From the NCBI GenBank assembly GCA_964057225.1, contig OZ059894.1:24118001-24182000 (forward strand): a DNA stretch of 64,000 nucleotides, in the 5' to 3' direction. Position 1 is the stretch's first letter, and each line of letters opens with the position of its first letter. The notes beneath the pieces are model-generated. The model saw only the letters and a program-made list of their open reading frames with translations. It did not search any database and was not told the origin of the DNA. Shown one piece after another: positions 11,901 to 25,899 of this stretch. The DNA comes from Auanema rhodensis (taxonomy: Eukaryota > Animalia > Nematoda). A program made the translations under genes and the position numbers.

Positions 11901-13950
11901 GGTAACCATGACTTTGAAATTTACGTGAACTTCAATTTATGCTAATTAAATGTACACGTGATGTGCACTTGGTATGTAACTCGCTTCACGTGAAAGATAA
12001 AGAGATGCGGTTTTCAAAATTAGATTCCCCATGTCCATATTAGTCTAAAAACAAATTTTCATTGATATTGGTGCATGGTAACCATGACTTTGAAATTTAC
12101 GTGAACTTTAATTTATGCTAATTAAATGTACACGTGATGTGCACTTGGTATGTAACTCGCTTCACGTGAAAGATAAAGAGATGCGGTTTTCAAAATTAGA
12201 TTCCCCATGTCCATATTAGTCTAAAAACAAATTTTTATCGATATTGGTTCATGGTAACCATGACTTTGAAATTTACGTGAACTTTAATTTATGCTAATTA
12301 AATGTACACGTGATGTGCACTTGGTATGTAACTCGCTTCACGTGAAAGATGAAGAGATGCGGTTTTCAAAATTAGATTCCCCATGTCCATATTAGTCTAA
12401 AAACAAATTTTTATTGATATTGGTTCATGGTAACCATGACTTTGAAATTTACGTGAACTTTAATTTATGCTAATTAAATGTACACGTGATGTGCACTTGG
12501 TATGTAACTCGCTTCACGTGAAAGATAAAGAGATGCGGTTTTCAAAATTAGATTCCCCATGTCCATATTAGTCTAAAAACAAATTTTTATTGATATTGGT
12601 GCATGGTAACCATGACTTTGAAATTTACGTGAACTTTAATTTATGCTAATTAAATGTACACGTGATGTGCCCTCGGTATGTAACTCGCTTCACGTGAAAG
12701 ATAAAGAGATGCGGTTTTCAAAATTAGATTCCCCATGTCCATATTAGTTTAAAAACAAATTTTTATTGATATTGGTGCATGGTAACCATGACTTTGAAAT
12801 TTACGTGAACTTTAATTTATGCTAATTAAATGTACACGTGATGTGCACTTGGTATGTAACTCGCTTCACGTGAAAGATAAAGAGATGCGGTTTTCAAAAT
12901 TAGATTCCCCATGTCCATATTAGTCTAAAAACAAATTTTTATTGATATTGGTTCATGGTAACCATGACTTTGAAATTTACGTGAACTTTAATTTATGCTA
13001 ATTAAATGTACACGTGATGTGCACTTGGTATGTAACTCGCTTCACGTGAAAGATAAAGAGATGCGGTTTTCAAAATTAGATTCCCCATGTCCATATTAGT
13101 CTAAAAACAAATTTTTATTGATATTGGTTCATGGTAACCATGACTTTGAAATTTACGTGAACTTCAATTTATGCTAATTAAATGTACACGTGATGTGCAC
13201 TTGGTATGTAACTCGCTTCACGTGAAAGATGAAGAGATGCGGTTTTCAAAATTAGATTCCCTATGTCCATATTAGTCTAAAAACAAATTTTTATTGATAT
13301 TGGTTCATGGTAACCATGACTTTGAAATTTACGTGAACTTTAATTTATGCTAATTAAATGTACACGTGATGGGCACTTGGTATGTAACTCGCTTCACGTG
13401 AGAGATAAAGAGATGCGGTTTTCAAAATTAGATTCCCCATGTCCATATTAGTCTAAAAACAAATTTTTATTGATATTGGTGCATGGTAACCATGACTTTG
13501 AAATTTACGTGAACTTTAATTTATGCTAATTAAATGTACACGTGATGTGCACTTGGTATGTAACTCGCTTCACGTGAAAGATAAAGAGATGCGGTTTTCA
13601 AAATTAGATTCCCCATGTCCATATTAGTCTAAAAACAAATTTTTATTGATATTGGTTCATGGTAACCATGACTTTGAAATTTACGTGAACTTTAATTTAT
13701 GCTAATTAAATGTACACGTGATGTGCACTTGGTATGTAACTCGCTTCACGTGAAAGATAAAGAGATGCGGTTTTCAAAATTAGATTCCCCATGTCCATAT
13801 TAGTCTAAAAACAAATTTTTATTGATATTGGTTCATGGTAACCATGACTTTGAAATTTACGTGAACTTTAATTTATGCTAATTAAATGTACACGTGATGT
13901 GCACTTGGTATGTAACTCGCTTCACGTGAAAGATAAAGAGATGCGGTTTT
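6000..13950 (-). repeat. Block duplication (~6.0-9.2 kb copied at ~11.1-13.95 kb), offset 29 then 27 monomers, with an internal 7-mer duplication
   Basis: Markers 6223/11327 and 6571/11675 have offset 5104. Markers 7487/12239, 7919/12671, 7997/12749 and 8620/13372 have offset 4752. Internal markers 9327/10559 and 9500/10732 have offset 1232. Confidence 0.85.
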
Positions 13951-16900
13951 CAAAATTAGATTCCCCCTGTCCATATTAGTCTAAAAACAAATTTTTATTG
14001 ATATTGGTTCATGGTAACCATGACTTTGAAATTTACGTGAACTTTAATTTATGCTAATTAAATGTACACGTGATGTGCACTTGGTATGTAACTCGCTTCA
14101 CGTGAAAGATAAAGAGATGCGGTTTTCAAAATTAGATTCCCCATGTCCATATTAGTCTAAAAACAAATTTTTATTGATATTGGTTCATGGTAACCATGAC
14201 TTTGAAATTTACGTGAACTTTAATTTATGCTAATTAAATGTACACGTGATGTGCACTTGGTATGTAACTCGCTTCACGTGAAAGATAAAGAGATGCGGTT
14301 TTCAAAATTAGATTCCCCATGTCCATATTAGTCTAAAAACAAATTTTTATTGATATTGGTTCATGGTAACCATGACTTTGAAATTTACGTGAACTTCAAT
14401 TTATGCTAATTAAATGTACACGTGATGTGCACTTGGTATGTAACTCGCTTCACGTGAAAGATAAAGAGATGCGGTTTTCAAAATTAGATTCCCCATGTCC
14501 ATATTAGTCTAAAAACAAATTTTTATTGATATTGGTTCATGGTAACCATGACTTTGAAATTTACGTGAACTTTAATTTATGCTAATTAAATGTACACGTG
14601 ATGTGCACTTGGTATGTAACTCGCTTCACGTGAAAGATAAAGAGATGCGGTTTTCAAAATTAGATTCCCCATGTCCATATTAGTCTAAAAACAAATTTTT
14701 ATTGATATTGGTGCATGGTAACCATGACTTTGAAATTTACGTGAACTTTAATTTATGCTAATTAAATGTACACGTGATGTGCACTTGGTATGTAACTCGC
14801 TTCACGTGAAAGATAAAGAGATGCGGTTTTCAAAATTAGATTCCCCATGTCCATATTAGTCTAAAAACAAATTTTTATTGATATTGGTTCATGGTAACCA
14901 TGACTTTGAAATTTACGTGAACTTCAATTTATGCTAATTAAATGTACACGTGATGTGCACTTGGTATGTAACTCGCTTCACGTGAAAGATGAAGAGATGC
15001 GGTTTTCAAAATTAGATCCCCTATGTCCATATTAGTCTAAAAACAAATTTTTATTGATATTGGTTTATGGTAACCATGACTTTGAAATTTACGTGAACTT
15101 TAATTTATGCTAATTAAATGTACACGTGATGTGCACTTGGTATGTAACTCGCTTCACGTGAAAGATAAAGAGATGCGGTTTTCAAAATTAGATTGCCCAT
15201 GTCCATATTAGTCTAAAAACAAATTTTTATTGATATTGGTGCATGGTAACCATGACTTTGAAATTTACGTGAACTTTAATTTATGCTAATTAAATGTACA
15301 CATGATGTGCCCTTGGTATGTAACTCGCTTCACGTGAAAGATAAAGAGATGCGGTTTTCAAAATTAGATTCCCCATGTCCATATTAGTCTAAAAACAAAT
15401 TTTTATTGATATTGGTGCATGGTAACCATGACTTTGAAATTTACGTGAACTTTAATTTATGCTAATTAAATGTACATGTGATGTGCACTTGGTATGTAAC
15501 TCGCTTCACGTGAAAGATAAAGAGATGCGGTTTTCAAAATTAGATTCCCCATGTCCATATTAGTCTAAAAACAAATTTTTATTGATATTGGTTCATGGTA
15601 ACCATGACTTTGAAATTTACGTGAACTTTAATTTATGCTAATTAAATGTACACGTGATGTGCACTTGGTATGTAACTCGCTTCACGTGAAAGATAAAGAG
15701 ATGCGGTTTTCAAAATTAGATTCCCCATGTCCATATTAGTCTAAAAACAAATTTTTATTGATATTGGTGCATGGTAACCATGACTTTGAAATTTACGTGA
15801 ACTTTAATTTATGCTAATTAAATGTACACGTGATGTGCACTTGGTATGTAACTCGCTTCACGTGAAAGATAAAGAGATGCGGTTTTCAAAATTAGATTCC
15901 CCATGTCCATATTAGTCTAAAAACAAATTTTTATTGATATTGGTTCATGGTAACCATGACTTTGAAATTTACGTGAACTTTAATTTATGCTAATTAAATG
16001 TACACGTGATGTGCACTTGGTATGTAACTCGCTTCACGTGAAAGATAAAGAGATGCGGTTTTCAAAATTAGATTCCCCATGTCCATATTAGTCTAAAAAC
16101 AAATTTTTATTGATATTGGTGCATGGTAACCATGACTTTGAAATTTACGTGAACTTTAATTTATGCTAATTAAATGTACACGCGATGTGCACTTGGTATG
16201 TAACTCGCTTCACGTGAAAGATAAAGAGATGCGGTTTTCAAAATTAGATTCTTCATGTCCATATTAGTCTAAAAACAAATTTTTATTGATATTGGTTCAT
16301 GGTAACCATGACTTTGAAATTTACGTGAACTTTAATTTATGCTAATTAAATGTACACGTGATGTGCACTTGGTATGTAACTCGCTTCACGTGAAAGATAA
16401 AGAGATGCGGTTTTCAAAATTAGATTCCCCATGTCCATATTAGTCTAAAAACAAATTTTTATTGATATTGGTTCATGGTAACCATGACTTTGAAATTCAC
16501 GTGAACTTCAATTTATGCTAATTAAATGTACACGTGATGTGCACTTGGTATGTAACTCGCTTCACGTGAAAGATAAAGAGATGCGGTTTTCAAAATTAGA
16601 TTCCCCATGTCCATATTAGTCTAAAAACAAATTTTTATTGATATTGGTTCATGGTAACCATGACTTTGAAATTTACGTGAACTTCAATTTATGCTAATTA
16701 AATGTACACGTGATGTGCACTTGGTATGTAACTCGCTTCACGTGAAAGATAAAGAGATGCGGTTTTCAAAATTAGATTCCCCATGTCCATATTAGTCTAA
16801 AAACAAATTTTTATTGATATTGGTTCATGGTAACCATGACTTTGAACTTTACGTGAACTTCAATTTATGCTAATTAAATGTACACGTGATGTGCACTTGG

Positions 16901-17269
16901 TATGTAACTCGCTTCACGTGAAAGATGAAGAGATGCGGTTTTCAAAATTAGATTCCCTATGTCCATATTAGTCTAAAAACAAATTTTTATTGATATTGGT
17001 TCATGGTAACCATGACTTTGAAATTTACGTGAACTTTAATTTATGCTAATTAAATGTACACGTGATGTGCACTTGGTATGTAACTCGCTTCACGTGAAAG
17101 ATAAAGAGATGCGGTTTTCAAAATTAGATTCCCCATGTCCATATTAGTCTAAAAACAAATTTTTATTGATATTGGTTCATGGTAACCATGACTTTGAAAT
17201 TTACGTGAACTTTAATTTATGCTAATTAAATGTACACGTGATGTGCACTTGGTATGTAACTCGCTTCAC

Positions 17270-19380
17270 GTGAAAGATAAAGAGATGCGGTTTTCAAAAT
17301 TAGATTCCCCATGTCCATATTAGTCTAAAAACAAATTTTTATTGATATTGGTTCATGGTAACCATGACTTTGAAATTTACGTGAACTTTAATTTATGCTA
17401 ATTAAATGTACACGTGATGTGCACTTGGTATGTAACTCGTTTCACGTGAAAGATAAAGAGATGCGGTTTTCAAAATTAGATTCCCCATGTCCATATTAGT
17501 CTAAAAACAAATTTTTATTGATATTGGTGCATGGTAACCATGACTTTGAAATTTACGTGAACTTTAATTTATGCTAATTAAATGTACACGTGATGTGCCC
17601 TTGGTATGTAACTCGCTTCACGTGAAAGATAAAGAGATGCGGTTTTCAAAATTAGATTCCCCATGTCCATATTAGTCTAAAAACAAATTTTTATTGATAT
17701 TGGTTCATGGTAACCATGACTTTGAAATTTACGTGAACTTTAATTTATGCTAATTAAATGTACACGTGATGTGCTCTTGGTATGTAACTCGCTTCACGTG
17801 AAAGATAAAGAGATGCGGTTTTCAAAATTAGATTCCCCATGTCCATATTAGTCTAAAAACAAATTTTTATTGATATTGGTTCATGGTAACCATGACTTTG
17901 AAATTTACGTGAACTTCAATTTATGCTAATTAAATGTACACGTGATGTGCACTTGGTATGTAACTCGCTTCACGTGAAAGATGAAGAGATGCGGTTTTCA
18001 AAATTAGATTCCCTATGTCCATATTAGTCTAAAAACAAATTTTTATTGATATTGGTTCATGGTAACCATGACTTTGAAATTTACGTGAACTTTAATTTAT
18101 GCTAATTAAATGTACACGTGATGTGCACTTGGTATGTAACTCGCTTCACGTGAAAGATAAAAAGATGCGGTTTTCAAAATTAAATTTCCCATGTCCATAT
18201 TAGTCTAAAAAAAAATTTTTATTGATATTGGTGCATGGTAACCATGACTTTGAAATTTACGTGAACTTTAATTTATGCTAATTAAATGTACACGTGATGT
18301 GCACTTGGTATGTAACTCGCTTCACGTGAAAGATAAAGAGATGCGGTTTTCAAAATTAGATTCCCCATGTCCATATTAGTCTAAAAACAAATTTTTATTG
18401 ATATTGGTTCATGGTAACCATGACTTTGAAATTTACGTGAACTTTAATTTATGCTAATTAAATGTACACGTGATGTGCACTTGGTATGTAACTCGTTTCA
18501 CGTGAAAGATAAAGAGATGCGGTTTTCAAAATTAGATTCCCCATGTCCATATTAGTCTAAAAACAAATTTTTATTGATATTGGTGCATGGTAACCATGAC
18601 TTTGAAATTTACGTGAACTTTAATTTATGCTAATTAAATGTACACGTGATGTGCCCTTGGTATGTAACTCGCTTCACGTGAAAGATAAAGAGATGCGGTT
18701 TTCAAAATTAGATTCCCCATGTCCATATTAGTCTAAAAACAAATTTTTATTGATATTGGTTCATGGTAACCATGACTTTGAAATTTACGTGAACTTTAAT
18801 TTATGCTAATTAAATGTACACGTGATGTGCTCTTGGTATGTAACTCGCTTCACGTGAAAGATAAAGAGATGCGGTTTTCAAAATTAGATTCCCCATGTCC
18901 ATATTAGTCTAAAAACAAATTTTTATTGATATTGGTTCATGGTAACCATGACTTTGAAATTTACGTGAACTTCAATTTATGCTAATTAAATGTACACGTG
19001 ATGTGCACTTGGTATGTAACTCGCTTCACGTGAAAGATGAAGAGATGCGGTTTTCAAAATTAGATTCCCTATGTCCATATTAGTCTAAAAACAAATTTTT
19101 ATTGATATTGGTTCATGGTAACCATGACTTTGAAATTTACGTGAACTTTAATTTATGCTAATTAAATGTACACGTGATGTGCACTTGGTATGTAACTCGC
19201 TTCACGTGAAAGATAAAAAGATGCGGTTTTCAAAATTAAATTTCCCATGTCCATATTAGTCTAAAAAAAAATTTTTATTGATATTGGTGCATGGTAACCA
19301 TGACTTTGAAATTTACGTGAACTTTAATTTATGCTAATTAAATGTACACGTGATGTGCACTTGGTATGTAACTCGCTTCA
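17270..19380 (-). repeat. 6-monomer (1056 bp) tandem higher-order duplication
   Basis: CTCGTTTC at 17440/18496 and GTGCTCTT at 17775/18831; offset 1056. Confidence 0.85.
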
Positions 19381-22300
19381 CGTGAAAGATAAAGAGATGC
19401 GGTTTTCAAATATAGATTCCCCATGTCCATATTAGTCTAAAAACAAATTTCTATTGATATTGGTGCATGGTAACCATGACTTTGAAATTTACGTGAACTT
19501 TAATTTATGCTAATTAAATGTACACGTGATGTGCACTTGGTATGTAACTCGCTTCACGTGAAAGATAAAGAGATGCGGTTTTCAAAATTAGATTCCCCAT
19601 GTCCATATTAGTCTAAAAACAAATTTCTATTGATATTGGTGCATGGTAACCATGACTTTGAAATTTACGTGAACTTTAATTTATGCTAATTAAATGTACA
19701 CGTGATGTGCACTTGGTATGTAACTCGCTTCACGTGAAAGATAAAGAGATGCGGTTTTCAAAATTAGATTCCCCATGTCCATATTAGTCTAAAAACAAAT
19801 TTCTATTGATATTGGTGCATGGTAACCATGACTTTGAAATTTACGTGAACTTTAATTTATGCTAATTAAATGTACACGTGATGTGCACTTGGTATGTAAC
19901 TCGCTTCACGTGAAAGATAAAAAGATGCGGTTTTCAAAATTAAATTTCCCATGTCCATATTAGTCTAAAAAAAAATTTTTATTGATATTGGTGCATGGTA
20001 ACCATGACTTTGAAATTTACGTGAACTTTAATTTATGCTAATTAAATGTACACGTGATGTGCACTTGGTATGTAACTCGCTTCACGTGAAAGATAAAGAG
20101 ATGCGGTTTTCAAATATAGATTCCCCATGTCCATATTAGTCTAAAAACAAATTTTTATTGATATTGGTTCATGGTAACCATGACTTTGAAATTTACGTGA
20201 ACCTTAATTTATGCTAATTAAATGTACACGTGATGGGCACTTGGTATGTAACTCGCTTCACGTGAAAGATAAAGAGATGCGGTTTTCAAAATTAGATTCC
20301 CCATGTCCATATTAGTCTAAAAACAAATTTTTATTGATATTGGTGCATGGTAACCATGACTTTGAAATTTACGTGAACTTCAATTTATGCTAATTAAATG
20401 TACACGTGATGTGCACTTGGTATGTAACTCGCTTCACGTGAAAGATGAAGAGATGCGGTTTTCAAAATTAGATTCCCTATGTCCATATTAGTCTAAAAAC
20501 AAATTTTTATTGATATTGGTTCATGGTAACCATGACTTTGAAATTCACGTGAACTTTAATTTATGCTAATTAAATGTACACGTGATGTGCACTTGGTATG
20601 TAACTCGCTTCACGTGAAAGATAAAGAGATGCGGTTTTCAAAATTAGATTCCCCATGTCCATATTAGTCTAAAAACAAATTTCTATTGATATTGGTGCAT
20701 GGTAACCATGACTTTGAAATTTACGTGAACTTTAATTTATGCTAATTAAATGTACACGTGATGTGCACTTGGTATGTAACTCGCTTCACGTGAAAGATAA
20801 AAAGATGCGGTTTTCAAAATTAGATTCCCCATGTCCATATTAGTTCAAAAACAAATTTTTATTGATATTGGTGCATGGTAACCATGACTTTGAAATTTAC
20901 GTGAACTTTAATTTATGCTAATTAAATGTACACGTGATGTGCACTTGGTATGTAACTCGCTTCACGTGAAAGATAAAGAGATGCGGTTTTCAAAATTAGA
21001 TTCCCCATGTCCATATTAGTCTAAAAACAAATTTTTATTGATATTGGTTCATGGTAACCATGACTTTGAAATTTACGTGAACTTTAATTTATGCTAATTA
21101 AATGTACACGTGATGTGCACTTGGTATGTAACTCGCTTCACGTGAAAGATAAAGAGATGCGGTTTTCAAAATTAGATTCCCCATGTCCATATTAGTCTAA
21201 AAACAAATTTTTATTGATATTGGTTCATGGTAACCATGACTTTGAAATTTACGTGAACTTCAATTTATGCTAATTAAATGTACACGTGATGTGCACTTGG
21301 TATGTAACTCGCTTCACGTGAATAATGAAGAGATGCGGTTTTCAAAATTAGATTCCCTATGTCCATATTAGTCTAAAAACAAATTTTTATTGATATTGGT
21401 TCATGGTAACCATGACTTTGAAATTTACGTGAACTTTAATTTATGCTAATTAAATGTACACGTGATGGGCACTTGGTATGTAACTCGCTTCACGTGAGAG
21501 ATAAAGAGATGCGGTTTTCAAAATTAGATTCCCCATGTCCATATTAGTCTAAAAACAAATTTTTATTGATATTGGTGCATGGTAACCATGACTTTGAAAT
21601 TTACGTGAACTTTAATTTATGCTAATTAAATGTACACGTGATGTGCACTTGGTATGTAACTCGCTTCACGTGAAAGATAAAGAGATGCGGTTTTCAAAAT
21701 TAGATTCCCCATGTCCATATTAGTCTAAAAACAAATTTTTATTGATATTGGTTCATGGTAACCATGACTTTGAAATTTACGTGAACTTTAATTTATGCTA
21801 ATTAAATGTACACGTGATGTGCACTTGGTATGTAACTCGCTTCACGTGAAAGATAAAGAGATGCGGTTTTCAAAATTAGATTCCCCATGTCCATATTAGT
21901 CTAAAAACAAATTTTTATTGATATTGGTTCATGGTAACCATGACTTTGAAATTTACGTGAACTTTAATTTATGCTAATTAAATGTACACGTGATGTGCAC
22001 TTGGTATGTAACTCGCTTCACGTGAAAGATAAAGAGATGCGGTTTTCAAAATTAGATTCCCCATGTCCATATTAGTCTAAAAACAAATTTTTATTGATAT
22101 TGGTGCATGGTAACCATGACTTTGAAATTTACGTGAACTTTAATTTATGCTAATTAAATGTACACGTGATGTGCACTTGGTATGTAACTCGCTTCACGTG
22201 AAAGATAAAGAGATGCGGTTTTCAAAATTAGATTCCCCCTGTCCATATTAGTCTAAAAACAAATTTTTATTGATATTGGTTCATGGTAACCATGACTTTG

Positions 22301-23297
22301 AAATTTACGTGAACTTTAATTTATGCTAATTAAATGTACACGTGATGTGCACTTGGTATGTAACTCGCTTCACGTGAAAGATAAAGAGATGCGGTTTTCA
22401 AAATTAGATTCCCCATGTCCATATTAGTCTAAAAACAAATTTTTATTGATATTGGTTCATGGTAACCATGACTTTGAAATTTACGTGAACTTTAATTTAT
22501 GCTAATTAAATGTACACGTGATGTGCACTTGGTATGTAACTCGCTTCACGTGAAAGATAAAGAGATGCGGTTTTCAAAATTAGATTCCTCATGTCCATAT
22601 TAGTCTAAAAACAAATTTTTATTGATATTGGTTCATGGTAACCATGACTTTGAAATTTACGTGAACTTCAATTTATGCTAATTAAATGTACACGTGATGT
22701 GCACTTGGTATGTAACTCGCTTCACGTGAAAGATAAAGAGATGCGGTTTTCAAAATTAGATTCCCCATGTCCATATTAGTCTAAAAACAAATTTTTATTG
22801 ATATTGGTTCATGGTAACCATGACTTTGAAATTTACGTGAACTTTAATTTATGCTAATTAAATGTACACGTGATGTGCACTTGGTATGTAACTCGCTGCA
22901 CGTGAAAGATAAAGAGATGCGGTTTTCAAAATTAAATTCCCCATGTCCATATTAGTCTAAAAACAAATTTTTATTGATATTGGTTCATGGTAACCATGAC
23001 TTTGAAATTTACGTGAACTTCAATTTATGCTAATTAAATGTACACGTGATGTGCACTTGGTATGTAACTCGCTTCACGTGAAAGATGAAGAGATGCGGTT
23101 TTCAAAATTAGATTCCCTATGTCCATATTAGTCTAAAAACAAATTTTTATTGATATTGGTTCATGGTAACCATGACTTTGAAATTTACGTGAACTTTAAT
23201 TTATGCTAATTAAATGTACACGTGATGTGCACTTGGTATGTAACTCGCTTCACGTGAAAGATAAAGAGATGCGGTTTTCAAAATTAGATTGCCCATG

Positions 23298-23307
23298 TCC
23301 ATTCCAT
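23298..23307. other. 5-bp tandem duplication TCCAT-TCCAT (181-bp monomer)
   Basis: GTCCATTCCATATTAG vs consensus GTCCATATTAG; downstream phase shifts by +5. Confidence 0.95.
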
Positions 23308-25899
23308 ATTAGTCTAAAAACAAATTTTTATTGATATTGGTGCATGGTAACCATGACTTTGAAATTTACGTGAACTTTAATTTATGCTAATTAAATGTAC
23401 ACGTGATGTGCCCTTGGTATGTAACTCGCTTCATGTGAAAGATAAAGAGATGCGGTTTTCAAAATTAGATTCCCCATGTCCATATTAGTCTAAAAACAAA
23501 TTTTTATTGATATTGGTGCATGGTAACCATGACTTTGAAATTTACGTGAACTTTAATTTATGCTAATTAAATGTACACGTGATGTGCACTTGGTATGTAA
23601 CTCGCTTCACGTGAAAGATAAAGAGATGCGGTTTTCAAAATTAGATTCCCCATGTCCATATTAGTCTAAAAACAAATTTTTATTGATATTGGTTCATGGT
23701 AACCATGACTTTGAAATTTACGTGAACTTTAATTTATGCTAATTAAATGTACACGTGATGTGCACTTGGTATGTAACTCGCTTCACGTGAAAGATAAAGA
23801 GATGCGGTTTTCAAAATTAGATTCCCCATGTCCATATTAGTCTAAAAACAAATTTTTATTGATATTGGTGCATGGTAACCATGACTTTGAAATTTACGTG
23901 AACTTTAATTTATGCTAATTAAATGTACACGTGATGTGCACTTGGTATGTAACTCGCTTCACGTGAAAGATAAAGAGATGCGGTTTTCAAAATTAGATTC
24001 CCCATGTCCATATTAGTCTAAAAACAAATTTTTATTGATATTGGTGCATGGTAACCATGACTTTGAAATTTACGTGAACTTTAATTTATGCTAATTAAAT
24101 GTACACGTGATGTGCACTTGGTATGTAACTCGCTTCACGTGAAAGATAAAGAGATGCGGTTTTCAAAATTAAATTTCCCATGTCCATATTAGTCTAAAAA
24201 CAAATTTTTATTGATATTGGTGCATGGTAACCATGACTTTGAAATTTACGTGAACTTTAATTTATGCTAATTAAATGTACACGTGATGTGCACTTGGTAT
24301 GTAACTCGCTTCACGTGAAAGATAAAGAGATGCGGTTTTCAAAATTAGATTCCCCATGTCCATATTAGTCTAAAAACAAATTTTTATTGATATTGGTTCA
24401 TGGTAACCATGACTTTGAAATTTACGTGAACTTTAATTTATGCTAATTAAATGTACACGTGATGTGCACTTGGTATGTAACTCGCTTCACGTTAAAGATA
24501 AAGAGATGCGGTTTTCAAAATTAGATTCCCCCTGTCCATATTAGTCTAAAAACAAATTTTTATTGATATTGGTTCATGGTAACCATGACTTTGAAATTTA
24601 CGTGAACTTTAATTTATGCTAATTAAATGTACACGTGATGTGCACTTGGTATGTAACTCGCTTCACGTGAAAGATAAAGAGATGCGGTTTTCAAAATTAG
24701 ATTCCCCATGTCCATATTAGTCTAAAAACAAATTTTTATTGATATTGGTTCATGGTAACCATGACTTTGAAATTTACGTGAACTTTAATTTATGCTAATT
24801 AAATGTACACGTGATGTGCACTTGGTATGTAACTCGCTTCACGTTAAAGATAAAGAGATGCGGTTTTCAAAATTAGATTCCCCCTGTCCATATTAGTCTA
24901 AAAACAAATTTTTATTGATATTGGTTCATGGTAACCATGACTTTGAAATTTACGTGAACTTTAATTTATGCTAATTAAATGTACACGTGATGTGCACTTG
25001 GTATGTAACTCGCTTCACGTGAAAGATAAAGAGATGCGGTTTTCAAAATTAGATTCCTCATGTCCATATTAGTCTAAAAACAAATTTTTATTGATATTGG
25101 TTCATGGTAACCATGACTTTGAAATTTACGTGAACTTCAATTTATGCTAATTAAATGTACACGTGATGTGCACTTGGTATGTAACTCGCTTCACGTGAAA
25201 GATGAAGAGATGCGGTTTTCAAAATTAGATTCCCTATGTCCATATTAGTCTAAAAACAAATTTTTATTGATATTGGTTCATGGTAACCATGACTTTGAAA
25301 TTTACGTGAACTTTAATTTATGCTAATTAAATGTACACGTGATGTGCACTTGGTATGTAACTCGCTTCACGTGAAAGATAAAGAGATGCGATTTTCAAAA
25401 TTAGATTCCCCATGTCCATATTAGTCTAAAAACAAATGTTTATTGATATTGGTTCATGGTAACCATGACTTTGAAATTTACGTGAACTTTAATTTATGCT
25501 AATTAAATGTACACGTGATGTGCACTTGGTATGTAACTCGCTTCACGTGAAAGATAAAGAGATGCGGTTTTCAAAATTAGATTCCCCATGTCCATATTAG
25601 TCTAAAAACAAATTTTTATTGATATTGGTGCATGGTAACCATGACTTTGAAATTTACGTGAACTTTAATTTATGCTAATTAAATGTACACGTGATGTGCA
25701 CTTGGTATGTAACTCGCTTCACGTGAAAGATAAAGAGATGCGGTTTTCAAAATTAGATTCTTCATGTCCATATTAGTCTAAAAACAATTTTTTATTGATA
25801 TTGGTTCATGGTAACCATGACTTTGAAATTTACGTGAACTTTAATTTATGCTAATTAAATGTACACGTGATGTGCACTTGGTATGTAACTCGCTTCACG

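Noticed and set aside
19409-19416. AAATATAG variant as a micro-inversion
   Set aside because: AT to TA is not a reverse complement of the local sequence. It is treated as a length-neutral double change used only as a marker.
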